NCBI RefSeq assembly: GCF_031769215.1
Contig: NW_026782282.1
Span: forward strand, 1,736,001 to 1,800,000
DNA from: Ylistrum balloti
Taxonomy: Eukaryota
Length of the DNA: 64,000 bases
Reading direction: 5' to 3'
Shown: piece by piece, positions 10,501 through 21,098 of the stretch
Numbering within the stretch: the first letter of the stretch is position 1
Layout of the letters: every line of letters begins with the position of its first letter
Notes under the pieces: generated by a model
Database searches by the model: none
Told to the model about the DNA's origin: nothing
What the model saw: only the letters and a program-made list of their open reading frames with translations
Made by a program: the position numbers and the translations under genes

Positions 10501-13500
10501 CATATTTCTTAGGACAAGAATTTGGCTCAAGTTATGGAGCACACTTCCTAAAATTTAACCCTGGTATCTGATTCATCGTCTCCTTCTGGTTAATCACATT
10601 TTTTGAATACATGAGCACCTTGAAGTGATTGTCCATTAGGGCTGCAACGATACATTGACCTGACGATACAATACGTATTGCGATACTTGCCTCACGATAT
10701 CATACATATTCGATACATAAATGATACGTATAGGATAAAGGAATAGACTGAACTATATATATGTATATATATATAAGTAGGCCCAGATTGGTGACCGGTA
10801 CGATGCCGGTGGTGGTATTAATCAGGAGCTTCTGTAGTCGCCGACTTGGCCATGCTTGAAGCTGCACTTTCCGCCATATCAGTTTAATATGTTTACAAGC
10901 ATTCAGATTACCTCGCCTCAATTACAGTACCTTCCATCTTAGATGACATGGAGTCGGCCGCGGTGTTCCGAATGGTTTACAAGGGAGAATCTAAAAACGG
11001 ACGGGGGCAACATCAGGAATGTATCGTAGGCGTATCGTGATATTGTAAAAGTGTATCGTGTATCATATCAAAGACAAAATATCATGATATATCGTAATTT
11101 GATATATTGTTGCATGCTTATTGTCCATCCATCTGTGCATGTGTAGCACAAAGAAGTGTACAAGCTACCTCAAAACCAGTTTCTTAACTTTAGGTCACAT
11201 ATTAACACCACAGTATCACAACTTCAATTTCTGCGTCATATTAGTCTCTGGTAGTCATTAGTCAAGGTTAAAGGGTCAAAGGTTACACTTGACCATGCAT
11301 ATTTGAAATAAATTAAGATAGAATTAAAAAGCATTTGTATGAGATTTCACATGTACCTTTCAACAGATTTGGTTTCTATTCTCACCATATTACTTCCACC
11401 TCATGACATTTTGGTAAACATTGGTCAGAATTTAAGAGTCAGGGGTCACTTTGGATTTATAATGATCTGGGTGGTGTGGTGGAGGGGGATCCATATCTAT
11501 GCAGCATAATGTGACTTTGATTTTAATTCAATTCCATGATATTAATCCTACAAAAAAGGTTTAATTAAAGAACCTAATGGGTAAATATACTGTTTTTGTT
11601 GTGTAGAAGAAGTGTTAACTGATAAAACATAATCATATTTAGGCTGTGTAAACTTTGAAATCTACCAGTATCTTTCTTGTCACCTACTGTCACCCATCTG
11701 CTGCTGATGTTATAGGGTCCGTGGAAGACACACACTTGACAATGTGTGGTATCAGAGTTGTAGATGAGAAAATATTTCAGATCTAACAGCCTTAGCCAAC
11801 TTTGCTGATTACAACTGTGTGAATGAATGGATACATGCTATTTGTAATAAAGTATCAGAAATGAAAATTTTTCCCAGACAGAATCAGTCAAGGTTATTCT
11901 AACTACAATCATAACAGACTTACTGGATTAGTAGGCATTACACATGCATGTGTTTGAAATGAAGTGTAGGGTTGTTAACTCAAGTACAAACATCTATCTT
12001 TGTGGTTGTGTAGAGGTGGACTTGTGCAGTAGGTAAGAAGCAACCTGATCTCTTACTCTCCTCACACCCCTCCCCTTGTATAGCGTTCCTTATTACATAT
12101 AAACACAGCTGACAAGCTGAGGCCTCAGTGTTGCAGCACAACCATCTCGTATGCACGTGTGTCATAGCTACTTCCAGAACTCTCCTAGAGAGTACCCAGT
12201 ATCAGGATATCAATTAATTACAACTCTCAGCTGTATGTTTTACACAGAGAGTGGGTACCAAATTTTGTGTCAGATATGGGGAAGGCTATTAGTTCATGTA
12301 AGGAGAAAATTACATCATTTCACAGCAGCAAGAAGGCACAGCAGAGTGATATTTTAGAAAAGGAAAAACAAGAAAAGGCCAAGCAAAGTGATAACTTAGA
12401 GGAGAAACAACAAAAGGCCAAGCAAAGTGATATTTTAGTGAAGGATAGACAAGAAAATGCTGAGAAAAGTGATAATTCAGTGGAGAAACAAAATGTTTGG
12501 CAAAGTGATATTTCACAGAGTGAAAAACAAGAAAAGGCAAAACAAAGTGGTATTTCAAAGGAGGAGAAACAGGGAAAGGCCAAGCAAAGTGATATTTTAG
12601 TGAAGGACAGACAAGAAATAGCTAAGAAAAGCAGTATATCAGTGGAGAAACAAGAAAAGGTTTGTCAAAGTGATATTTTAGAAAAGGAGAAAAAAGACAA
12701 CGCCAGGCAAAGTCATGGCTTAGAGAAGGAGAAGCAATATGAGGCCAAGCAAAGTGATAATTCAATAAAAGAGACTACTGAAATAGTACAGCAATATGAT
12801 GTTCTTTGTAAAAATCTCAAAGAAAAGAGGGAACTATGTGATATTCCACAGCATAAGACACTTGAAACTGCCAAGCAAAATGTTCATCTAGTATATACAC
12901 CACAGGAAAAGAAAAAGGAAGATGATAATGTTGATAAGTCTTCACAAGAAAAGGTTGAGGAAAGTGAGGTACAGGATGAATTAAAGCAAACTAAACTGGA
13001 CAATAAACAAGATACAACCAGACAGAAAGAATTAGAGCAACACAAGTTACTACCAGCTAAGGAAGAAAATTGGTTAATTAAGGCAGAACAAACTGAAAAT
13101 TTAGTTGATCATCATGATAAAGGTGTAAATGATGAATTCACAAAAAAAACTGACATAGCTTTAAAAACAGGTGATGATATTCAAACGTATGATATGGAGG
13201 GAGGCAGTTTTGATGATGATGCTGGCAGTTTTATAGAGAAAAAGGATTTGACAAAAAAAAGGCAGGAAATGGAAGGTCATAGGAAGGTTCATAATGGAGA
13301 TGCTGTTCTATCAGAGGATGTTGTAGAAGATGAAAAGTCAAAGGTACCAGAGGCCTGATGAATGATTGAAAGGTCAAGATGAAGGGTTTAAAGGTGCAGA
13401 GGTTAAAAGGTCAAACTGAGCAGAGGTCATAGGAACAGAGAACAGAATTATTGTTTAACCCACCCTATTACCAGTGGATTCAAATGGTTGGGCTACATGT

Positions 13501-16500
13501 GTTTTCACTTTGTAGGTAATGTTGGTCCTCCATGCTTACATTCAAAATGATTCTTCAGGGTAGATCTCCTGTAAACTAAAACCATTTACATGAACTATAA
13601 TATATCTTGGATTAACGTAAAAATGCATGACAGAAGTAGGTTACTGTGACCTATTTTCTTGCCTATGTCAATAGTTTCTTTGTTGTATGTGGTGGGATTG
13701 CAGAGTGTCATACCAAATGTCTAAGTCTTCAATATTGACCACCAAACCCTATATCATTAAGAAAAAGTGTTGGGGGATATCAGTGTAATGGATATCAGTG
13801 TAATCCAATCAGTATACCATATTACATCCTTGTAAATCAGTATACCATATTACATACTTATAAATCAGTATATTACATCCTTATAAATCAGTATATTACA
13901 TCCTTATAAATCAGTATACCATATTACATCCTTATAAATCAGTATATTACATCCTTATAAATCAGTATATTACATCCTTATAAATCAGTATATTACATCC
14001 TTGTAAATCAGTATACCATATTACATCCTTATAAATCAGTATACCATATTACATCCTTATAAATCAGTATATTACATCCTTATAAATCAGTATATTACAT
14101 CCTTATAAATCAGTATATTACATCCGTATAAATCAGTATATTACATCCTTGTAAATCAGTATATTACATCCTTGTAAATCAGTATATTACATCCTTGTAA
14201 ATCAGTATACCATATTACATCCTTATAAATCAGTATATTACATCCTTGTAAATCAATATACCATATTACATCCATATAAATCAGTATATTACATCCTTAT
14301 AAATCAGTATACCATATTACATCCTTATAAATCAGTATATTACATCCTTATAAATCAGTATATTACATCCTTGTAAATCAGTATACCATATTACATCCAT
14401 ATAAATCAGTATATTACATCCTTATAAATCAGTATATTACATCCTTATAAATCAGTATATTACATCCTTATAAATCAGTATATTACATCCTTGTAAATCA
14501 GTATACCATATTACATCCTTATAAATCAGTATATTACATCCTTATAAATCAGTATATTAAATCCTTATAAATCAGTATATTACATCCTTATAAATCAGTA
14601 TACCATATTACATCCTTATAAATCAATATACCATATTACATCCTTATAAATCAGTATATTATATCCTTATAAATCAATATACCATATTACATCCTTATAA
14701 ATCAGTACATTACATCCTTATAAATCAGTATAGCATATTACATCCTTATAAATCAGTATACCATATTCAACATAAGTGCTCTTTATACTTACTAAAACAA
14801 GAAAGGGTGGTGTGAATAAAAGTATTTGTATGAGAAATGAAATTTTAGTAATAGAAAACACAAGCAAATTTACTGAATGGATGAAAGGCCGAGAATTATC
14901 TATTTGAATAATGTAGGAGCACATGCTGTTGTGAAAAGAGGTGAACTTATTAGTTTGAATACTGTACGAAGTTACTTTATGAGAACACTATCCCGAGAGA
15001 TTAATATTGTTTGGTACATTAAGACAGTAAGGGAAATAGATGAATCATATATTTTGTCAGTTGTTAACACAAGCTCTGATATAGATGATGAATGCCTGAT
15101 TTTCAAAAATAACTTGGGTTATGCATGGATGAATTTAGTATTTAACATGAAATTTTCTGTTCGCTGTTTCACATTCTGATACACATGGGCAAGTTTTATA
15201 TTGTTATAATATTTCAGAGGAGTACCTTTGTAATCTAAGAAATACCTGACTTGGTTTTTGTATAGTTCTATACACACTTGGATATATATACTTTATGACT
15301 AAATGTCACACACAGTAATATTGTAATGCTAAATAGCAGTCCTTTACCTGGTTTATACCAAGGCATTGTGGTAAAAAGTTAATTTCTCTTCATACACGCT
15401 TTGTGGAACTACTTAGAGGTTTTGTACAATATTTATGTCAAAAAAATATAAACTCGCTTTGATATTCAGGAATCTTTATGTAAAATCTTTATTAAAAAAA
15501 ACAGAGGAATGAAACAAGGATGATATGCCTTTTTAAACCAATGTGGTCAACATACTTGTATCAAAGGTCAGGGGGTGAGCTTATTACAGGACAATAAAAG
15601 ATTTTGGTATTCTAATGGACAATAATAGATACTGTAAAGTGTTCTAGTCCCTCCATTGCTGGAGTAGTTATTAGGGGAGTGGAACCTCTTTTTTCATTTG
15701 TAATAAAACCCTTATTTTACTTTGATTTCAGCAAAGACTATTTAAAATATCAGTGAATTTGACTAGCATAGCTTACAATAAGACTTCTGATTGGGATGAA
15801 GATAATTACATTTTCATGTGTATTAGCCAATTTGCATATATTTATATTAAAAGTTTGCTCATGCTGGGTATACTCCAGGTTATGTCCCCTGTTTGAGACA
15901 ACCACATGTGTTGCTGTCATTTCTAGCTCACCTGGTCCCAAAGACCAGTGAACTTAGTCTATACCCCAGGGGCCAGAGGGGCTGGGTCCAATAGGGGGAA
16001 ATATGGCAAACAGTTTAAAATCCTACCCCTGGAGGAATCTTTGGGTTTTGCCAAAATTTTGTCTGAAGCATTCTTGGGTAAACAGGAATCTTGTTTGTAT
16101 AAGGGGTTTGTCTTGAACCCCTGGGGCCAGAGGGGCATGTCCCAATAGATAAAATTGCGTAAATTCTTTAAAATCCTACTTCTGCGGTAGCAAAATCCTT
16201 AGATTTTGCTCAAATTTAGTCAGAAGCTTTTTGTATAAATTGTGGGTCTCCAGCACTCTAATGTCAGATGGGGCAGGGCCCAAATAGGGAAAATAGAGCA
16301 AATTCTATGAAATCCTACTCCTCCTGAAGAAATGATTGAAATTTTGTACAATCTGTTAAGAAGCATTCTGGAGTGAATGGAAATAAATTTTGTGTAGACA
16401 GAGGTTCTCAGTCTAGTGTGGCCAGAGGGGCAGGGTTCAATAGGAGAAATAGAACAATTTTTTTTTTCAATCCTTCTTCTCTTGGAATGATTCAGGTTTG

Positions 16501-18682
16501 ACCTAATTTGATTTGAAGCATCCTTTGATAAGAGAACTAAGTTTTGTATGAACAGTGCATGTAAGCCCCTATTGGCAGAGGGGACACTTCTAATGAGGGA
16601 ATTAGATACAAGTGTTTTAAATTATTTTCCATTATAATATATTGATCAATTGTAGCAAACTAAATCAGGTGGGTGATACATGACCTATGGGCCTGTTGTT
16701 CCATTGATACATTTTTTCTTTGTTCTTGGCTGTTAGAAGGACCTAAACAAATTATACAATAGTTAGAATCAGAATAATTCATAACCTGTATTTATGTGCA
16801 TATCATCATACAAGATCAGATTGAAATTCAGGAATCAAAATCATCTGTTTGTTTCAGATGGAAACAGCATCAACGGGTGTGGATAATTCGGTAGCTGCCC
16901 TAGAAAGTAAACAGACAGCCATACTACAGAGATTAGGAGAGCTGAAGGGTGTGCTGGAACAGCTGAACAAGAAGTATGGTAGTGCCACCACTGTGTCATC
17001 ATCCACCACATCTTCTACCATGATCCTACCAGTGAGCAGCATTTCCTTTTAGTTTTGCTTGAGAAATAGAACCTTGTATTCTTGGTGTATTTATATGATT
17101 TTACTGCTGTGAGATTCCTTACATTGCCCTTGGGTTGAGTTGGGGGGATTCCCTTTTCTTAGTTAAGATAACATCTCATCAACAATGCCAAGCATTTAGT
17201 TATAAAACATTTATCTCTTGTTTTTTCCAGTCATGTTATGATGTAACTTAGTAAGGAAACCTTTGACTGGTAAAATGAAAGACTACATTAAATATTTTTT
17301 GTTTGGGATTTTTTTTGTTCAATTCATGAGTACTCTAAATTCATTCATGTCCTGAACATGAACTGATTAACAAAAGATGTTGACATAGATTATAGTACAA
17401 GTGGATTTTGTAGACTGATTTATCCTAAAAATCAAGTGCCAACAAAAATGTAAACATTTGCAAAACCATTAAATGTTAGTCTCATGAAAATATATGATTT
17501 TACATCATTCTGTTTGATAAGAGAGTCATTACTAGTGTAATTGGGAAAGATATCTTTTTAATGAAGCCAAGTTGGGAGTTTAAGACTCATTAAAAGTCTA
17601 CAAGAGAATTTCAAAAGTTTTAAAACTGGGTTATCTAGGGAATATCTGTTGCAATAAGACAAAGTCATGTCAGGAAATTAAGTCACTTTTTATAATGAGT
17701 GTGATTTTTAGACATTTTTATAATGAGGCCATGTTTGGAATTTAAGACCCATCATAATGAGGTGTTTATTTCGTGGTAATTACCATTAAATTAATTTTCT
17801 TTGTTTTCATTCCAGGGTGGAGTTGTCCATGACATTGTCATCAACGCTGATCCAGAGAACCCACCGGTCATTGTGTTTGTACTGTTCACACTCCTTAAAG
17901 AGAGGTGTAGGGTATATGGGTCAAGTTTAGTCCATTCTAGTGTGGTCAGTGTGCCTGACCAGCTACGCAATGTCTTCAGTGACCAGGATAACAACTGTCC
18001 TCGTGGCAGCCACCAAGTGGCAATCACTCTCATATGGAAAAAAGGTGAATATTGAATTTCGGTGAAAACAGATTTAATGAACTCATTAGTAATTGGAAAT
18101 GTCTAGAACAGAATTGTTTGTGGTTTAATGTCATTTATATACTGATAATTGCAACACAGGTTTTGATTGGAAATGATTTAGTGTCATTTCATGTAGTTTA
18201 GAACAGACCTAATGCAGACGTGTTTCCAATTGTTTGCCATTTGCATGAAGTTATCATATCATTATTCCTTGCTTGTAGTCGAGAATGGTCCAAACCTGAT
18301 AGTGTCACCACACAACCAGACAACAATCCAAGGGGAAGTAAATATTGCCAGATACATTATGCGTCTTATCAACCAAAATTACGATAACTCAGACCCTGTT
18401 GCCTCAACTCAAATTGACGAATGGTTAGATTCCGCCCAGCAACAACTCCACCATGGTAACGTGAAGCAAAAGGCTGCTGCTGTGAAGTCTCTTAATGCCA
18501 GGCTTGGAAGAAATGATTGGCTTGTAGGATCTGAGATGTCATTGGCCGATATGGTGATGTGGGCTGCACTGTTTCAAACCAATCAAATGTCAAATGCCCC
18601 GAACAATGTGAAAAAGTGGCTTGCATCATGCGATAAGAATTCAGTTTATCAATTTGCAAAGACAGTTTTAAATGGAAGGTAA
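4539..18682 (+). CDS. AIMP2: AIMP2 (p38/JTV1) multisynthetase-complex scaffold; exons 4539-4655, 16858-17031, 17816-18044, 18279-18682; about 307 aa
   Basis: Exon 1 MSQVMYKVQPYY...LDLPDNMYKLPNM matches the AIMP2 N-terminal MYQVKPY/MYRLPNV motifs. Exon 2 carries the coiled coil ALESKQTAILQRLGELK, exon 3 DIVINADP, and exon 4 a GST-like C-domain (IQGEVNIARY...DWLVGSEMSLADMVMW). Junction phases are 0, 0, 1 and consistent. AATAAA at 18825. Confidence 0.93.
6160..6548. mobile_element. MITE with 14-bp TIRs and 7-bp TSD (P-superfamily-like termini)
   Basis: CAGTGCTCCAGATA (6160-6173) and TATCTGGAGCACTG (6535-6548) are perfect inverted repeats. TGTACCT flanks both sides (6153-6159, 6549-6555). Confidence 0.8.
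6590..7228 (+). mobile_element. 5'-truncated Helentron-associated non-autonomous element (HINE-like, family B)
   Basis: Long collinear similarity to 59246-60125 (e.g. TTTGGTCCAAAATCCAACATAACT, AACAAATAGTCTGAA, CCACCATCAGCAAA). Ends in TGTCAGATG followed by a GGCCATGGCC hairpin and TCTGGTTT. Confidence 0.7.
7992..9580 (-). mobile_element. Full-length Tc1-family DNA transposon (about 1.59 kb)
   Basis: 30-bp TIRs TACTG(A/G)ACAAAATAAGTTAAGGATCATAAA with one mismatch, and TA flanks at 7990-7991 and 9581-9582. The ends could be shifted by 2 nt. It contains an intact transposase ORF. Confidence 0.95.
8250..9275 (-). CDS. Tc1 DD34E transposase, 341 aa, uninterrupted
   Basis: N-terminal HTH, GRPR motif, and catalytic triad TDESRF / MDDNARPH / SPDLNPIEHAW. 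I counted 34 residues between the second D and the E. Confidence 0.95.
   Translation of the reverse strand: MRRHLNDMEAARAIGLLQAGQTQRNVAAKLHVSQSVISRLWNRYQQTNNVRQRPRSGRPRCTTARQDRFICITARRQRFLSAPVLNLQFQRATNLRISSQTIRNRLHASNLRARRPAVRPILSRGHRQSRHQWATHHLNWQLRHWRSVMFTDESRFCVDFHDGRRRVWRTQGERYADCCVVQHDRFGGGSVMVWAGISVDFHTDLYIIDNGSLTAVRYRDEILHPIVRPIAGVVGHDFILMDDNARPHRARVVNDYLQREAIVRMDWPSRSPDLNPIEHAWDTLQRRVSARPNPPQNRQQLMIALQEEWQRIPQISHRRLIRSMCRRCRAVIDVNGGHTAY
10637..11120. mobile_element. hAT-type non-autonomous MITE, 484 bp
   Basis: Perfect 8-bp TSD TTGTCCAT (10629-10636, 11121-11128). The left end is TAGGGCTGCAACGATA and the right end a degenerate ATTGTTGCATGCTTA. Arrays of CGATA/TATCG subterminal motifs occur at both ends. 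Confidence 0.85.
12231..13358 (+). CDS. K/E/Q-rich repetitive open frame inside AIMP2 intron 1; candidate cassette exon 12231-13343, or ORF from ATG 12276 to TGA 13358
   Basis: The frame is open from 12189 to 13358, unusual in this AT-rich intron. It has about 13 repeats of 36/39/42 nt (all multiples of 3), consensus AKQSDILEKEKQEK. A phase-0 acceptor CTCTCAG| lies at 12230 and a phase-0 donor AAG|GTACCA at 13343. Confidence 0.6.
   Translation: MYVLHREWVPNFVSDMGKAISSCKEKITSFHSSKKAQQSDILEKEKQEKAKQSDNLEEKQQKAKQSDILVKDRQENAEKSDNSVEKQNVWQSDISQSEKQEKAKQSGISKEEKQGKAKQSDILVKDRQEIAKKSSISVEKQEKVCQSDILEKEKKDNARQSHGLEKEKQYEAKQSDNSIKETTEIVQQYDVLCKNLKEKRELCDIPQHKTLETAKQNVHLVYTPQEKKKEDDNVDKSSQEKVEESEVQDELKQTKLDNKQDTTRQKELEQHKLLPAKEENWLIKAEQTENLVDHHDKGVNDEFTKKTDIALKTGDDIQTYDMEGGSFDDDAGSFIEKKDLTKKRQEMEGHRKVHNGDAVLSEDVVEDEKSKVPEA
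13809..14766. repeat. Minisatellite of interspersed 23-bp and 28-bp units, about 38 copies
   Basis: CCTTATAAATCAGTATATTACAT and CCTTATAAATCAGTATACCATATTACAT read directly from the sequence. Confidence 0.95.
15920..16700 (+). mobile_element. HINE-like element, family A, complete ends
   Basis: 5' end TTCTAGCTCAC followed by the CTGGTC-CCAAA-GACCAG hairpin, internal repeats of about 155 bp, and 3' end TCAGGTGGGTGATACATGACCTATGGGCCTGTTGTT. It is inserted in T-rich sequence with no TSD. Confidence 0.75.
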
Positions 18683-19778
18683 TTTCAGGAGAACCTTGCC
18701 ATACATTAATTTGTTACTTAATAATTATTTTGTATCTGATAACAAATTGATGTTTGTAAAAAGGACAATTGCTAGTATCTACATCCATGATCTGGTTATA
18801 GAATACATTTTTTTTTTGAATGAAAATAAAAGATTTTTGTGTTTTAATTTCTTGCAAAATCATTTCACAAATGATCCATCAATAACTGAAACCAGGTAGT
18901 GATACACTGCATTTAAAAATTCTTGGAATGGCTGTCCTGATCACTGATTGGCCTATGGGGTGTTGTTATCAACAGTTTCTTTAGATCAGGAGAGTAAATA
19001 CATTAAATATAAAACCAGGACTCGGTATGATTGGCTGTTCAAGGAATTGAAAGATCTGGTCCCATCCCTGGGGACTGAAGTTTCTGGGCGATATACTGTT
19101 GAAACAGTTGAAATCTCCACCCCTAAACCATATTTAGCAATGCTGGAGACAAATACATTCATGATGTAGGAATTGTCCTTGGGGTGTGGCCCCCACACCT
19201 CAGGACATTGTTTCTGGTTTATATCTGTGAAACAGTTGAGTTCCCCAGCCATAATCATATGTGGCAATGATGGGCATCAAGAGATGAACTCAATCATGAT
19301 GTCAAAATTGGTCATGGCACATTACTAGGGACTTTAGGCATTTCTAGGTCTGTAGGATGAATATTATGAAGCATGGTAATTTCACATGTTCATGCATTAT
19401 TCTAATGTAGATGCTATAGCTACGAAAATAAAAAGAAAATATGCTTTCACATATCAGATGTAAGTTTGTTTAATTTCAAACTCCATAAATAATGTGAGGG
19501 ATATTAAAACCAGCGGAGAACTATTGGTAATGTTGTCACTTCAGGGTTTCATCCATTCAAGATCATGTCAGACACTATGCAACATGCTTGAAATGTGTAA
19601 AACAGTGAATGAGATGAAATAATGAAATTATGATCCTGAATTAAGTGAGTTTTATTGGGGTAATTACAGGAATCTAACATTCTTTATCAATAAAAATATA
19701 AGATATCACTATTATACTAAAATTTAACACATTTATCAAGACTTGAAGTTGACAGGGCCAAAATAAATTCTGAAAATA

Positions 19779-20345
19779 GAAACTGATCACAAAACCAATG
19801 CCAGATAAGGCTTTTGTAGGTAGAGATTGAAATCAAAACCGATGCCAGAAATGGCTTCTTGAGATAGAATCTGGTCACAAAATGAAGCTAGATATACCTT
19901 CTGAAGGTAGAAACTTATAGACTAATGCCAGATATGGCTTCTGATGATGAAACTGATCACAAAGTCAACACAGAATATGGCTTCTGGAGATGAAACTGAT
20001 CACAAAACCAACGTCAGATATGGCTTCTGATGAGTAAACTGATCACAAAGTCAACACAGAATATGGCTTCTGGAGATGAAACTGATCACAAGCCAACGTC
20101 AGATATGGCTTCTGATGATGAACTGATCACAAAGTCAAAAAAGAATATGGCTTCTGGAGACGAAACTGATCACAAAGCCAACGTCAGATATGGCTTCTGA
20201 TGATGAAACTGATTACAAAGTCAACACAGAATATGGCTTCTGGAGACAAAACTGATCACAAAGCCAACGTCAGATATGGCTTCTGGAGACAGAAACCGAT
20301 CACAAAACTGATGCCAGATATGGCTTCTGATAACAAAACTGAAAC
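19779..20345. repeat. 43-bp tandem repeat, about 13 copies, alternating A/B variants
   Basis: GAAACTGATCACAAA recurs at 19949, 19992, 20035 and 20078 (period 43). Variants are AGTCAACACAGAATATGGCTTCTGGAGA and A(A/G)CCAACGTCAGATATGGCTTCTGATGA. Confidence 0.93.
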
Positions 20346-20504
20346 CAGTTAACTATGCAGCTATTAGAAAACGCATATAAAAGGATTCCATTGATGAAAT
20401 TACAAAAGATAGTTGGGGAAACATGTGGGCCAGTTCCTGTATCATGTACCTGTATTTACCCAACAAAAAGCCCCAGGGGGTCAACACATTGCCTCTTACT
20501 CATA

Positions 20505-20941
20505 ATCAGGGAGTGGGCTTATTACACAATCAGGGGAAGACAACACATTACCTCTGAATCAAAGTAAGTTAGTGGGCTTATTACAGGACTTCAGGAAGTC
20601 ATCAAATTACCTCTGACTCGTAGTCAGGTGGTGGGCTTATTATTACAGGACCACAGGAAGTCATCAAATTACCTGACTCGTAGTCAGGTGGTGGGCTTAT
20701 TACAGGACCACAGGTAGTCATCAAATTACCTCGGACTCATAGTCAGGTGGTGGGCTTATTACATGATCAGGGGTAGCCAACACTACCTCTGATTCATAGT
20801 CAGGTGGTGGGCTTATAATATGACCTCAGGAAGTCACCAAATTACTTCATGCTCAGTCAGGTGGTGGGCTTATTACATGATCGGGGGTAGCCAACACTTG
20901 ACCTCATGCTCAGTCAGGTGGTGGACTTTATTACAGGACAA
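20505..20941. repeat. About 59-bp tandem repeat, about 7 copies
   Basis: Unit is approximately GTCAGGTGGTGGGCTTATTACAGGACCACAGGAAGTCATCAAATTACCTCTGACTCGTA. Confidence 0.9.
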
Positions 20942-21098
20942 TGATAAAGCTGAAAAATTACTGGCAGTTATACTAAACAGATATAAATATTGGATTTGGT
21001 CAGTTTATTATGGGTTATTGTCATATAATTATGACAGTTTGCACATTAATGTTCAAATATTGATACAAAGAAAAACAAGAGAAAAAATGTTTCTGAAC

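Noticed and set aside
12310-12583. Hydrophobic minus-strand ORFs (82 and 87 aa)
   Set aside because: They are antisense shadows of the purine-rich plus-strand repeat frame.
18948-19267. Overlapping 73-aa (+) and 93-aa (-) ORFs downstream of AIMP2
   Set aside because: No recognisable family and no convincing splice sites; they lie beyond the AIMP2 poly(A) signal. Not excluded, but unsupported.
19779-20941. CRISPR-like appearance of the 43-bp and 59-bp arrays
   Set aside because: The units are contiguous with no unique spacers, there are no cas genes, and the context is a spliced eukaryotic genome.
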